A stretch of 64,000 nucleotides of DNA. It comes from Octopus sinensis (lineage: Eukaryota). Below are positions 39,550 to 53,782 of the stretch, in pieces. The translations under genes and the position numbers were made by a program. The notes beneath the pieces were generated by a model. The model was not told where the DNA came from. It saw only the letters and a program-made list of their open reading frames with translations, and made no database searches. Location: contig NC_042998.1 in the NCBI RefSeq assembly GCF_006345805.1, positions 111,972,001-112,036,000 of the forward strand, in the 5' to 3' direction. Numbering within the stretch: position 1 is the stretch's first letter; each line of letters starts with the position of its first letter.

Positions 39550-40464
39550 GGATCTTTGTGGTTTTCGTCACAGTCATAGTTTACAATTATCTTTAAAAAA
39601 ATTTCATGTATCATATAGATGTAATTTTTGACGCTGAATCCGAAATTGTTATTTATTTATTCCAGAAAAATTTTGCAAAAATGTTACAGGTGTTCAAAGT
39701 TTGATATTTTCAGAATTTTCAGCCAATCAGAAAACAGCGCGCTCGCTGCCTTTTCCATCATTAGTGGGTGGGGGCATCGGCATGTCAAAACATTAAACTA
39801 GCTACAGTAAACTGAAAACATGAAAACATTCGAGAGTAAGTCAAATATTAAAAAGCTACGAACAAACCAACATGAGTTGCTAGAAAAAACAGTCAAAATA
39901 TTCAAATATACACGAGCAAAGTAAACCGTGAAAACTGAAAAACATTCGCGTGCAAATTAAATATTTAAAAGCTACGAGCAAACCAACAGGAGTTGCTAGA
40001 AATAACAGCCAAGACATTGCTTAAAACATCTTTATTAATTTATGAAATTCAAGAACGAAAGTTTGCAATACACACTAGGATTATATAAAATAAATTATCG
40101 TTCTCATATCTCCTCCATATAAATTCACAAAGATAAGAGTCAACCATAGAACAGTGTGTCACACATTAGCGTTTGTTTCCACGGGTATTCTCAATTTGGT
40201 GGTTACACTCCTTGTGTGCATGCGCAGCATCTTTGGTTACTATGGAAACAGAGTTCTTCGCCACGGTGAGATGTAAAATACTCGCTTCTGATTGGCTACA
40301 ATACCCAAATTTTGTAAATTTTAAAGGCTAATAACTTTTTAATTATGGATTTATAGGGAAAATGAATTTCATTTTCATAATTAGCATACAAAACTTAATC
40401 CATATACCAAATTTGACAACAATTAGAACAAAATTATAAACAGTTACGAAAACCACAAAGATCC
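39550..40464. mobile_element. Non-autonomous DNA element with 19-bp perfect TIRs
   Basis: GGATCTTTGTGGTTTTCGT ... ACGAAAACCACAAAGATCC. Inner inverted AGCCAATCAGAA/TTCTGATTGGCT and an internal ~115-bp direct repeat (39807-40017). Confidence 0.8.
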
Positions 40465-42044
40465 TCAATATTTATATACCATTTCGTATTGTGATAAAGA
40501 GCAGTTGATTTTTAGAATTGTTAGAGCGTCAACCAAAATGCCTTTATTCATATTCCGAGTTGAAATCCTGCCGAGGTCAACTCTGCTTTTCATCTTTTAA
40601 GGTACAATACAATCGACTGTTTCTCCCATCCGTTGATGCTCACATCTGATCACTGGAAGGTAAGCAATTTACTGTATTTATCTGAACTAGTATGTGGTAT
40701 ATATAAATGATAATAATTTTGTGAAATATATAACATTGCAATATCTTTTAGTACTGAAATGCACTCCGCAAACTTAACCAATTAGATTACAGAACTTTAG
40801 CAGAAATATCATGGGAGGGTTTAAAACTATAAGTGAAAAAGTACAAAAAGAAAAAAACACAACAGAATTAGAGACAGACTTAACCATGCAGTTAAGAAAT
40901 TCGTGATTACTGTTTCGATCTCACTGTGCAGCACTTTGGGAAACACTGCTCAAATAGTGAGCAGAGCTTCCTCGAGGCTATTGTCGTTTAGAAGCATCTG
41001 AAAGGAAGTGCAAAGAATGTCATCTGCATATAATTACGCATGTATGTGTGAGGTCATGTAAGTATGCGCTTAAAAGAGATGAAGGGGTGATGAATCTGAA
41101 GGAACAGCTACGATTATCTATAATTAGCACTTAAATTCCGTTTAAATTCTACATAAGCTATTTCATACTTTTCTCAAACCATGTCACAATTAATAAAAAG
41201 TTCAACATTAGTGGACATTATCAGCGTTTTAAAGTTTTAAAAGTTTTATTATATATTATACAACATAAAGAAAAAAGAGCATAAAATTGTATAAAAATAT
41301 GGATTAGGACATACATTGCACTTTGCTTTAAAGAAATGTTCATGCACTAGTACAGTGGATTAAAATACCAATGTTTTGAAAATATCTTCGTATCTCAACT
41401 CAAAATCTTGATTTAAAAAGCGGAAAATAAAGTGTGTGTGCAAAGGAGGTAGCTCAGCAAGTAACACACAGTTCTGAATAGAGAGGGATGGAAGTGTGCT
41501 CTTATTTGCTGCAAGCGCTTGATATCAATAAAGACTCGTTGTTGTTGGGTTTTTTTGTGGTGGGGGGTCTGATTTGGTGATAAGGTATTAAACGTAGGTG
41601 TGTAATTATGAAATATTTGAAAGTTTTTCTGTTTACATTTTTAGCCAATTTATAAATATAGAAAACCATTCTAACTATAGATATTATATTGAAGCATTAA
41701 TATAATGTTGTTTAATGATATGTAAAAAATTGAGCTCATCAAATCAGTAGGGATACTTCTATACTGCTTCAACATTAATTCAATTTTATATATGTATGCA
41801 TGCATCCATATATATTGTATGTTAATATGTATGTAAGAATATATGCATGCATTGTTTGTATATTTATATATACACATATATATCTATATATATATATAGA
41901 GAGGGGGAGAGATAGCTAGATAGATAGATAGTTAGATGTACAAAGGCTTAAATACATACATACATACATATCCGCATATTGCATATACGTATAAGAAATT
42001 AAATAAAAGAAGAAAGAACAAGAAATGGTGTAATGAAGCTTATT

Positions 42045-42124
42045 AGCTTACAGATGTTTCTGTTATAAATGCAGTACACTCATTGATGAGTGCATGTGTA
42101 TCACCACATAGCTTCGTCGGAGGT
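42045..42124 (-). ncRNA. Type-I hammerhead motif with long stem II, partly decayed
   Basis: ACCT-CCGACGA-A-GCTAT..TGCACTCAT-CA-ATGAGTGTA..ATAAC-A-GAA-AC-ATCT-GT-A-AGCT. Confidence 0.6.
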
Positions 42125-42148
42125 TCAAAGTATAGAAAAGATCACCAG

Positions 42149-42179
<31 letters not shown>

Positions 42180-42182
<3 letters not shown>

Positions 42183-42635
42183 CAGCAGGCTGTTTCGCCT
42201 CATACCGAAGGAATTAGAAATGGCAGTCAAAGACTGTTTTTTCCTGGCATTTGGTAAAGCTATCGAATATAGCGCCGATGACGGAAATCAAACTACTTTT
42301 CTATGTTTGTGATCCAGAAACATGTTCGTTATTAACGGTAAGTGACTGTTTGCGTCTATTTGCTACTCCGGTTTTGTGTATGTGAGCCACACGGGCCTTC
42401 GTTTTTGGAATCTCCACTTACAGAAAATGGAAAAAACAGTCTTTGACTGCCATTTCTAATTCCTTCGGTATGAGGCGAAACTGCCTGCTGCTAGCCCTCT
42501 TATTTACTTTACTATATACTGAACCTTACAAAGTTCCTGACGATAAATTTGTCGTATTTACATACAGAAATTTACCGGTAAATAATTGTTGGTTACATGA
42601 AAAACCACAGAAAAATTATTTACCATTTTTATTGT
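42180..42635 (+). mobile_element. Short PLE-terminal-repeat-like element with 65-bp inverted arms, between (TA)n tracts
   Basis: 42180-42244 is the reverse complement of 42429-42493 with one mismatch; an HHR lies between the arms. Confidence 0.75.
42269..42332 (+). ncRNA. Type-I hammerhead ribozyme motif (U4->C)
   Basis: ATAGCG-CCGATGA-C-GGA..TCAAAC..GTTTG..TCC-A-GAA-ACATGT-T-CGTTAT. 6-bp stem I, palindromic stem III ACATGT, GUU triplet. Confidence 0.75.
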
Positions 42636-42669
42636 ATATATATATATATATATATATTTGTGTGTGTGT

Positions 42670-42729
<60 letters not shown>

Positions 42730-42911
42730 TTGTAGAACTTAATACATACTGGATTTCGGTTAAGCGTTCTGTATCTAGTTATGGAAATTGTGTTTTATAA
42801 ACGACAGACTATGCTGATGATCTTGCAGATGTTTGCGTGTCCATATACGTAAATATTAACAAGTGAAACCAATTGGTACATAGGTAATAGTTTTTTATTT
42901 CGTATATTTTC

Positions 42912-42977
<66 letters not shown>

Positions 42978-43343
42978 TTACTTATATTTGTGTGTGTAGG
43001 GTGTCTTTTACTTTTGTTTGTCCCCACCACCTGTTGATAATGCTTGATAACCTGTTTTGGTTCGTTTACTCTCCCCGTTAAACTAGCGATTCAGCAAAAA
43101 GACCGATGGAATAAGTATCAGGCGGTCGGTTCGCTCAACTAAAATCCTCCAAGCCAGTGCCCCAGCATGGCCAGTCAAATGACTGAAACAAGTAAGAAAA
43201 AAAAGACACACACGTGCACGCACGCACACACACACAAACACACACACACATGAAGGAAGATGGATATCTTTAAATTAAAAATTATAAGATTTTTAAGTGA
43301 TTTTATTTTTTTGAGATAATACATAAATTTTGTCTGAAGAAAA

Positions 43344-43405
<62 letters not shown>

Positions 43406-43469
43406 TTAATAAATAAAACATATGCATATATACATACATATATGTATGTACCTACGTCTACATCTATAT

Positions 43470-43857
43470 ATACACGCATATATGGGTACAGGACACCAAA
43501 AAAAACGCCGAACACAATGAGAAACGGAAACATAAACACAAAACCAAGGAACTGGACATTTTTCTTAAACAACGAAAAAATAGAGTACAGGACAAATAAC
43601 ACAAGGAAAATTCCCCTTCTTCAGTCGCCATGGCTTCATCAACTCTGCGTTTCGAAGGTGAAGGCGATACGCATCTTCGATAGAAACTTTCCTTCCCGCG
43701 AAAAGCAAATTAAATAAAATTTGAGATCTTTTTGCGGAGGGGTAAAAATGGTAACAAAAACAGGACAGTAACGACAGTACAAAACATAAACAGTAAAAGA
43801 CAGGACAAGGAGAATAACAAGACAAGAAGGGCTGTTAAGCCGAACGAGATAAAGTAG

Positions 43858-43860
<3 letters not shown>
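43470..43860 (-). mobile_element. Unclassified interspersed-repeat-like insert between (TA)n tracts
   Basis: Complex sequence between microsatellites with a T-rich 3' end like the other PLE terminal repeats. No complete HHR could be folded. Confidence 0.3.
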
Positions 43861-43908
<48 letters not shown>

Positions 43909-44239
43909 TATACACACGTCTGTCTATCTGTTTGCTTGTTTTGCATACATCTACGTATCATTTATAATTTTTTATATTTATATCAGTCCGTATGCCTACG
44001 TGTATTATAAATGTATGCAGGTATGTATGAATTCGAGAAAGTTATGTATGTATGTATGCATGTATGTATGTATGTATGTATGTATGTATGTATGTATGTA
44101 TGTATGTATGTATGTATGTCTGTATGCATGTATGCATGACCACGCAGATATACATGTATGTATGCTATATATGTGTGTGTATGTATAGACACACATGAAT
44201 GTTCCTATATTCATATGAATGCGCGCGCGCGTTTGTATG

Positions 44240-44300
<61 letters not shown>

Positions 44301-44486
44301 ACAAAGAGAGAGACAGAGAGAGAGAGAGAAAGAACCGAACCGTAAAATTCTAAGAAATTAAAAATTATCTTATATAGTGGCGTTTTCAAACTTCTTTTTT
44401 GTAAATATATACCCACGCGTATACCACCTACACTTATTATATATAGACTAACATACGCGCGCATTCATATGAATATAGAAACATTC

Positions 44487-44526
<40 letters not shown>

Positions 44527-44534
44527 TTATATAA

Positions 44535-44622
44535 ATAAGGATCGTTATTTATATATCGAACTGATCAAGTGGCCAGCATGGGAATAAAAACCTTTAAAAT
44601 GTAATAATTATGATTAAAATTA

Positions 44623-44659
<37 letters not shown>

Positions 44660-44752
44660 AATAAAGATAAGATCGTTATTTATATATCGAACTGATCATG
44701 TGGCCAGCATGGGAATAAAAACCTTTAAGACGTAATAATTATGATTAAAATT
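44535..44752 (+). repeat. Direct duplication of an ~85-bp unit separated by (TA)n
   Basis: GATCGTTATTTATATATCGAACTGATCA.GTGGCCAGCATGGGAATAAAAACCTTTAA..GTAATAATTATGATTAAAATTA occurs at about 44540 and 44671. Confidence 0.9.
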
Positions 44753-44771
44753 ATATATATATATGTATCTA

Positions 44772-44997
44772 CTTCCGGTCTTTCAATATGTGACCTCGTG
44801 AGTACCGCTGACGATTTTTTAAACCTCCGTCTTCCCTTCTCGGGATCTTTCCTTCTCCTATGTTTCCGACGAAGAGCTCCGCTCGAAACGTTAGACCCTC
44901 CTTCTTCCCTTCTTTCCTGAGCGTCCAATAATACTTTATTTGTTCCACGTCCTCGCGTTGTTGTGTTTTTTTTTTGTGTTTTCTTGTTTGGATTAAC

Positions 44998-44998
<1 letters not shown>
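44772..44998 (+). mobile_element. Solo PLE terminal repeat; same family as 61755-61975(-)
   Basis: Shares TTGTTCCACGTCCTCGCGTTGTTGTGTT..TTGGATTAACTA and the HHR with the 61.8-kb copy. Embedded in (TA)n. Confidence 0.8.
44862..44896 (+). ncRNA. Minimal hammerhead motif
   Basis: GTTT-CCGACGA-A-GAGC-TCC-GCTC-GAA-ACGT-T-AGAC. Confidence 0.7.
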
Positions 44999-45038
<40 letters not shown>

Positions 45039-45289
45039 ATGTATATGTATATCACCGTGACCGTGACCGACCAGGCTATCAGATGTTGCTACACATCGCT
45101 GGTCACAATGCGCTTCGCATTGTTTTAGCCTTCAAATGACGCCACCCCGCTGGCTAAGCGAGCAGGCCATGTATATGTATATATATATACAATATATTAT
45201 ACGCTCACGTGTATGTGTGTGTGTGTGTAAGTGTGCGTATTGCTGTACCTGAAGAAAGTGATAGTAACCATAGTAATCGCCACCTCGTA

Positions 45290-46340
45290 GATATGTGACA
45301 ATGAAGGCATTCACGTCCCTCTTGAACAACAGCAAGTCAAGCCCTGTGCAAAACACATGAGCTGGGAGGGACTTCTAGAAGGAGCGCGTTCTCGGAAGGA
45401 TGATTTGGGAGTGGTGGATTGTACGATTTCTGCGAAATGATATTAACAAAACAAAGGTGACATGAAGAGGTGAAACAACTAGGTCAGAAATGTTGAGAGG
45501 AGTTGGCTTGAACTCAAGCTCCTAAGAGTAGAGACTGACTATTATAGTAGTGGTAGAACAAGCAAAGCGATAGGACGGTGCGCCTGCGGGCCAGAAGATG
45601 GAGTATGTCATTAAGAAACTGTTTTTCAATCAGGCATGTAGCCTGGGATATCTGAGTTTGCAGCCTGGGATATCTGAGTCTGCAGTCTGGGATATCTGAG
45701 TCTGCAGTCTGGGATATCTGAGTCTGCAGTCTGGGATATCTGAGTCTGCAGTCTGGGATATCTGAGTCTGCAGTCTGGGATATCTGAGTCTGCAGTCTGG
45801 GATATCTGAGTCTGCAGTCTGGGATATCTGAGTCTGCAGTCTGGGATATCTGAGTCAGCAGTCTGGGATATCTGAGTCTGCAGTCTAGGATATCTGAGTC
45901 TGCAGTCTGGGATATCTGAGTCTGCAGTCTGGGATATCTGAGTCTGCAGTCTGGGGTATCTGAGTCTGCAGTCTGGGATATCTGAGTCAGCAGTCTGGGA
46001 TATCTGAGTCTGCAGTCTGGGATATCTGAGTCAGCAGTCTGGGATATCTGAGTCTGCAGTCTGGGATATCTGAGTCTGCAGCATCAGTACCGCTGTAGGT
46101 GTAGAATCAATGCTTCATTGTGGACATCGCCTGGACTTTACAGAGTGTCAATAATTATTTAGTCCTGAAAATAAGTCACTCATTGAGATTTCGTCCTAGA
46201 ATTACACACCAGTACTTTCAGTTTAACACAGTTACATATCACACCTGCTACGCATATGATACTACAGGACTGCTGCACATAGAAGCCAGTTATATATAGG
46301 GTTGCACATCACGTCTACACAGTGAGTTGTCCCGCATGTT
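45290..46340 (-). pseudogene. Decayed 3' end of a LINE ORF2 interrupted by a minisatellite
   Basis: Minus strand gives LPAHVFCTGLDLLLFKRDVNAF and LHLLARRRTV, resembling the LINE C-terminal motifs WNxLP..FK..VN and LxxRR. Confidence 0.5.
45638..46082. repeat. 22-bp minisatellite, about 20 copies (GCAGTCTGGGATATCTGAGTCT)
   Basis: Directly visible head-to-tail units with few variants and no spacers. Confidence 0.97.
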
Positions 46341-47993
46341 CTTGATCCCCTCTCTTGAAAGTTGGTGTGTTTTTGTTGTAAGGTGTAAGGTAAGTGGGTA
46401 GGTAGAGAGGTAGGTAAGTAGGTAGGTAGGCACAGAGAGAGAGAGAAAGAGAAAAAGAGAGGTGGGGTTACTAAAGGTGAGAGTGAAACAGAAAATTGTA
46501 ATGTGAGAATTACAGACCTGCAGACGTACGAGAGAGAGACTGCTTACTGAATTATGTTGATTAAACTCCCCAGTACACTTAAGATTTGAAGTGTGTTGTA
46601 TAAATGGGCAGTTTTGTAATACTTATTGCTTCAGTTTTTTCTTTTTTTTGCATTGTCGTTGGGGGCAGTGGTGTTAATATCTTTTTGTTATTGCAATTAT
46701 TTTTGTTATTAATGTTATTCAAGTTGCTATTGACTCTGTTGTTTTTGTTTTTGTTGCCGCTGCTGATTTTAATTTTGCTGTTGTTGCTTAGTTCCAGGTC
46801 AGCCTCGATCTAGTGGGCATATCATCAAAGACTTGACAGCCATGACCATCCTGTCTTTCTGTATATCCAGGAGTAAATTAACCTACGAGTCTTATCTTCT
46901 CATTTCTATATTGTTAAAAACGGTTGGGCGTGATTGAGCAGATACAAAAATGTACCCTTCGAATGTTGCATTTGTTTTAGTTGCCGTTAGGATTGTTGTT
47001 GCTCTTGTTACAGCTGTTGTACTATTCTGAAGCTGTCGCTGTTTCTGCCGATGGAGGCATGAGATCTAATATTGACATCGGCGGCATTTGAACTAAGAAC
47101 ATGAGCTCGAAAATTACGCAAGGCATTTTATCTGATGTTCTAGCGATTCGGCCAAGCCACTGGCCTTGTTGCATAAAAATAATTTTTAACAGCGAAACAA
47201 AGCCACCAATTTGGTAGAAGGGTATTAATCGATTAAATTGATCCTAGTTCTTTATTTTATCGATCCTTGAAGGAAAAATGAGATAAACTCAGCGGGATTT
47301 GAACCCAGAATGTTATGAGGTGTAATTAAAAACCACGATGCATGCTTCTATCGCTCTAACTATGTTTGTATTCCACCGTCTAGATATTGTATTTTTTATA
47401 ATATCTTTTAACCCCAAGTTCTACAAAGGTATTCCAGTGACCACAATCCTATCTTCTTAGGAGCATATAACACTATTTCATTTCATGCAATATTTTCATA
47501 CATAAGATGGTCGGATGTGGGAAAAGGAAGAAGTGATTGCCACTCCTAGCAAATCGACAAAAACGGAGATGCCCCCTCGATTGTAGCTGGTAGTGTTTGG
47601 TTCCCAGTTCAGACATATTTGAAGAGACCTATGTTCGAAGACGCCGTTCCAGCCATAGTTTTTCGATCATACATTTATTCCGTTTGGGGAGAGCTCCAAC
47701 GAACCGACCTAGTGGTTAAAGTATTGCACTCACGATCGCTTGAGCATGGGTTCGATTCCAGGACTGGGCAGCGCGTTGTATTTTTTTGTAAAGCACCTCA
47801 TTTCACGTTACTCTGTGATCATTTCGACATCTGACGTGTGTCACACTCGTGTACCTGTAGAAACCAAGCCGATTTCATGGAGGGAGTGAGCTAATGTACA
47901 GCATATACATCTGATGGCAATAAATAAATCATTTCTACAGGTTATTCTGCAAAAGCTAAACACTCAGACGTCGTTTTCGACAGGAGATTCCAT

Positions 47994-48046
<53 letters not shown>

Positions 48047-48711
48047 ATTTATGTAGTGAGGGTGATAAATTGAATATTAATTTAATTAACAACAATTTAA
48101 AACCAGTAGCCTAGCATATAGAAAAATCTGAAAATTCAGAAAAATTGTATTACATGCGTATAAGTAGTGTTGACCACTAAGTGGACATCCAATATGCTAG
48201 AAGTAGATCACCTACGATCTACCCACAAAGAAAAGAATGTTCTCTAAGAGAACATTCCGTATACGCATGTATATATATATATAATTACGGATTTAAAGCA
48301 GCTCTAGTAATGATGTAAGCATTATCGATCACACATACACAATGTATGTTTTATTTATTCGCCGTATTTGCTGCGTCCTAGCGTTTAGGAAAAACTCCCT
48401 AATAATGCTGGGTGTTAAAACACTTGAGTGTCTCAGACAAGCCGAGATAACTCGCCTCGGATCGAATTCACATGTGGTAGATATCGATATTTCGCCATTA
48501 TTGTGGTTTAACAATACCACGTACTTGGATCGAAAGGCTACATACAAATAGCTTGAAAACTATTTGATGATGCGCCATGATACTGCACATGCGAAGGTAA
48601 ATTAAATTACGAATTAAAATCAACATATAGTCATAGACCAGAGATTAAATTCGTCTTCGGATAGGCCGAAACTTCGACGTCACTGTCAACTTTCTTCTTG
48701 TAAAGGCAGAA

Positions 48712-48755
<44 letters not shown>

Positions 48756-48804
48756 CATGTATGCATGTATGTATGTATGTATGCATATATGTATATATAC
48801 AGAC

Positions 48805-48838
<34 letters not shown>

Positions 48839-49752
48839 GCATGTGTGTGTGTGCGTTGTGCGTGTGTGTTGCATGTGTGTGTGCGCGTGTGTGTGTCTTA
48901 AAGGAAGGAACAAGGTAAACAATGTTAAACACGGCACACAACAGAATTACAAGAAAGAAACAGTCGGAAAAAATACTGAAGATGATGAACATGCACACAC
49001 ACATACGTATACACACATATACACATTCATACACACATAAGCAGACATACATACACACACGCACATTTCTTCTTTCGTTATGCTCCCATCTCCTTCCACT
49101 ACCATTCCTAACACCAACAACAACACCCCCTTACTGTCATTGCACTATTCTAAGGCTGAAACTTGCCGTTCAGTTGGTTTTTAAAAGTGTCGTTCACGCA
49201 AACAATGTCAAATAGTGCAGGGGGTCTCTCATGCATTGGTACAAAGGAGAGAAAGGAGATGCAGTTAATTGTTGAGAGTGCATCACATATTATGTCATTG
49301 AAAATGACCACAATAGGGTATAGGGGCGGCGAATCAATGTAAGAACCACTTCAAACTTAATAGAATGAATTAAACAAAAATTCGAATTTTCAGTTTCTGT
49401 TATCCAACCGTCATTCGGTGGCGAATAACAGAAGACACCTCACTTCGCGAAAAGAGGTGTCTAAAAGGTAAAATTTGCCGTTGTTGTTGATGATGATGAT
49501 AGTAAGAAGAAGAAAAAGAAGAAGAAGAAAAAGAAGAAGAAGAAGAAGAAGAAGAAGAAAAGAAGAAGAAGAAGAGAAGAAGAAGAAGAAGAAGAGAAGA
49601 AGAAGAAGAAGAAGAAACACTGTTGACGATTTCTTTGCCACGAGGGCAAGCATACATAAAAACACATTTATGTGTGTTCTGGCGGTGAAGACAAAGATAT
49701 TAGGTGGGTGTACATGATTACATATGTGCGTGCATGTGTGTGTATGTATATG

Positions 49753-49827
<75 letters not shown>

Positions 49828-52599
49828 GATTACAATACAGTTATCCGTATATGCATGTACACTACGCAGATATATATTCACACACATATGTAAGTATATG
49901 CATGTACGTATGTTTATGTATTTATTTATGCGTATATGCGCCCCTATATCAATTCTTGCATACGCACACATAGGTGTACTTATGCACACATGCACAGTTG
50001 CACACCAATATCCAGATATACATTCAAGCATCGGTACATACGTACATGCATGTATGCATATATGCGTGTGTATATATGTATGCATATGTGTGTGTGTGTG
50101 TTGTCTGTGTGTGTATACAACATAAAATTTTTCATAATTTTAACACAAAATTTGCATGTAATTATTTATAAAACTGTGGTACAGCCACCAGGCAGAATTG
50201 AAGGGCTTACCCTTTCATCCAGTACGAATTCGCCACTCACAACTACCTTTCATAGAATGAAGGGCAGTACTTCTCTTTCCACTTTCACATTGTGATGATA
50301 CTTGTACAAGATTATGAGGGCTTCGTTAGGGAGGAAAGCCCTGTGTTTAACTCTTTCAGTTTCGTCCACAATACTGCTATCTCTGTCAGCACAGCCAACA
50401 TACGGATACAAAACAGTCTGCCCTCACTTTTCACGTGTAAATACGACAAGATGATTTTCACAATAGACACTAAAAACAGTAAGATCTGTCCTACAAAGAT
50501 CAGCAAACTGTAGACTGGTGTTTCTCAAGTTAGGGCACACGCCACGCTAGTGGGGCGTGGCATTATTTTGGTTAGACGAGGGTTACTTCAGAATGGGGCG
50601 TAAGTAACAAGCGAATAATACATGCAATAGAATTTTAATTAAAACTTCTTTTGTATGTATATGTGTGTATGTGTGTGTGTGTGTGTGCGAACGCGTGTAT
50701 GCACATATTTATGTATATGTATATATATACGCACTTATTTTGTCTATTCACTGTGGGCGTACGCATTTTGATGGAAAATCGAAGTGGGACGAAGTGCTGT
50801 AGACATTTAATATACAAATACAGAATGATTTTGTTATGAAGAGCAAAACAATGAAGCGTTATGCTCAAGAACACCGCCCAGTCCATAAACTGATACCACT
50901 ATCTTACTAGTGTGAATGCAACACTTCTAACTACTTGGCTACACGCCTTGACACAGAATCAATCCCTAGCCCCCCAAAATTTTTTAAAGTAATAATGAAA
51001 AGCATAAAGGCTAGTGTTAAGTGCAGACCATGATGATGCAGTCAGTACAATGAGACAACAATTGAGTGCACTATTTGTGACTGCTCACTCCTTACATAAT
51101 CATAAAATACCTACAAGCACGAATTAGTCAGTAGCTATGATTGCCGAGCAAGATGCCGCGATCTTGATATGAAACAGAGAAAAAATTATAGGTTTGTATC
51201 ACACGTTGTACATAATAACGATTTAGCCACAGTCATTTGACACGAATATATCCAAACTGATGGAGATCATTGTAGTATTGTCTGGAATATTACTGTATTT
51301 TGTATAAACATTTCGGTTACTTCAAACTAAACATTACCCAGAAAAAGGCCGTGAGTGTATGACCGGGAAAGGAACTTGAAACACAAATAAGCAGGATGTG
51401 CGGTATGAAAACTATAAAAAATACTGATTGAACAGGACATGAACAAAAGCTAAAATATCTTACTAGAGTTCATACACTTCCACACAATTTAAAAACAAGT
51501 TTTGATAGGCACAACCTATATATTACGCATTAATAAAATAAATGATTAACCCTATACATCCTCTGCATACCATATACACAATATATAGACACATCGTATA
51601 TATAATCGTCATCTTATAAAGTAACACAGCACATATTCTTATACAATTTACATCCGATTCTATCACATCCCAAAGACAAACTACGCAACGGCATCCTACA
51701 CACTTTCCAACTAGTAATACTGTATAACACAACTCGTGTAGAGCATATGCAACACGATCACCACCCGACACTCGCAAAACATATACGAAACACAATCACC
51801 ATACAACATAACCCATACTCCTATATAATCGTTGTCCGACACTATAATATCACCCTTTAAACACTAATAACAATTCAAATTCCACTAATGGAGCACAACC
51901 AACACAGTATCATATGCTCTAGACATAGAAGCACATAACACAGCACACGCTGCTCATACGTAACACAAACGCCACCCAACGAAAGAACATAACTCACATT
52001 ATGTATATTCTATAAGGCAAAAACACTAAAATAACACCAGAAACAACAATCTCCCATAACAAGGCAAAACAGATGTAGCATACAAACACAATTCTACGCA
52101 CTCAAAAGACGATGTTGCACACACTTCAGAAACACAGAGGTGTATATTGAAGTGCAAAAGATATTAACATGAAATTTGGGGGAAAATTAAATAGTAATAA
52201 TAATAATTAATAACAACAACTAGTTCGGGGGAGGCGTAAATCGATTAGATCGACCCCAGTGCTCAACTGGTAGTTATTTAAAGACCTCGAAAAGATGAAA
52301 GGCAAAAACGATCTCGGTGGATTCTGCCAGCTCGCCGCCTTAATAATACCATTTCAATGAGCAGGTAATTCAGTGTCAACTAAATCCTCATCATCGAGCA
52401 GTCTACACACACTTTCATTTCAGGTAGCTTGTTAATTGATAATACTGTATTTAGATGCTTTAATTTTTACTCTTTTATTGGTTTCGTTGATGGTGATGAT
52501 ATTATTGTTACGGTTTTGTTTATTTATTTATTTTGGTTTAGCTCAGACCATTCCTTCCTGACTCACCATCCAATTTTAGTTGCATTTGAGACTATATTT

Positions 52600-53200
52600 C
52601 ATTATTCATATTGAATCTGATAGTCTGATGTGATAAATTTCGCACTTCCGGTTATGACAAAACTCGTTGTCCCGTGAAAAATGTCTGTCAATGTGAATGT
52701 CTCTCATTGCATATCCATGAAAGATAGCCTTTCATCGAAAGATCTGCATTTACATTTACAAACAGGCAGTAGGGTTCAAATATCAGTATGGTTCATGAAG
52801 AACTCAACGAGTCGACAGATATTGACATAGACAAATAGAAAAACAAATTTGGAAAAGTCTTGTTACAATGCCAAATATCTTTTATAAATAAAATTGTCAA
52901 CGTAATCTCCCTTCTGACGAGCAGATTTAACATAATCGTTCAATATTATTTTAGCATTACTCTTCCCATTTTGGAATGTTGAAAAAGGAGTAGGTCTTAG
53001 TTAAATTCATGTCTGGTTGTTTTCAGTGCAACAAGTTCTTTGTTAACTAAATGTCTTTTAGCTCGCTGTCAGCGCCAATTTCATCGCAAACTGTTTCTCG
53101 AATTGAAATTCAGTGTGATATACGTATATGATGAATCCTAGCTATGATCAATTTTCCTACGACATTACTGCTTGTAACAACCACCTCGCTATACGTAAAA
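52600..53200 (-). pseudogene. Possible decayed Helitron PIF1-helicase C-terminal remnant
   Basis: Weak motifs in the expected order (KMGRVML, LLPVCK.K..F, FHG) recall LKVGxPIML, LPFxFKRxQF and FSHGQ. Very degenerate. Confidence 0.25.
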
Positions 53201-53260
53201 TCCCTTATTAAAACTATAACTCTAGTGCTTAATATTATCTCTAACACCAAACTACAGGTA

Positions 53261-53782
53261 CAGTAATACCTCGACTATCGCAGGAGCTATGTTCCAAAGC
53301 CCTCCACGTCCGCGATAGGTGAAAATCCGCGAAGTAGAAACAGTACTATACTCTCTTTCTCTTTTACTTGTTCCAGTCATTTGACGGTGGCCATACTGGA
53401 GCACCGCCTTTAGTCGAGAAAATCAACCCCAAGACTTATTCTTTATTTTTTAAAATTATTTTTATAATTTGTATTTATTTATTTTATTATTTTTATATAT
53501 TTAAGCTTTTATAAACTCTCCTCACAATCTTACAAGTTTCGTTTTCCATACACTATGTGCGTGCCGTACTGTCCTGTATTTTTACTTATTAATTTTTAGG
53601 TGCGAAAATGCTTATTTTACCACAGAAATAGTTAAAATCTAAACGAGAATAAATACCTATCGGCCGCAAAAACCCACGATACACTGTGAAGTCCGCGATA
53701 TAAATTTACATATATTAACCAGAAAAATCTGCGATGTACTGAGGGTGTGATAGGTAAACCACGATGTGGCGAATGATTACTG
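53261..53782. mobile_element. pogo/Tigger-like MITE with TA target duplication, carrying a SINE tail insertion
   Basis: TA|CAGTAATACCTCGACTATCGC ... CACGATGTGGCGAATGATTACTG|TA; SINE fragment at about 53352-53445. Confidence 0.8.

Noticed and set aside
40215-40250. NRF1-like and RFX X-box-like motifs as a host promoter
   Set aside because: They lie inside a TIR-bounded repeat with no adjacent gene evidence.
45638-46082. CRISPR-like array
   Set aside because: Units are contiguous with no unique spacers, the context is eukaryotic and there are no cas genes.
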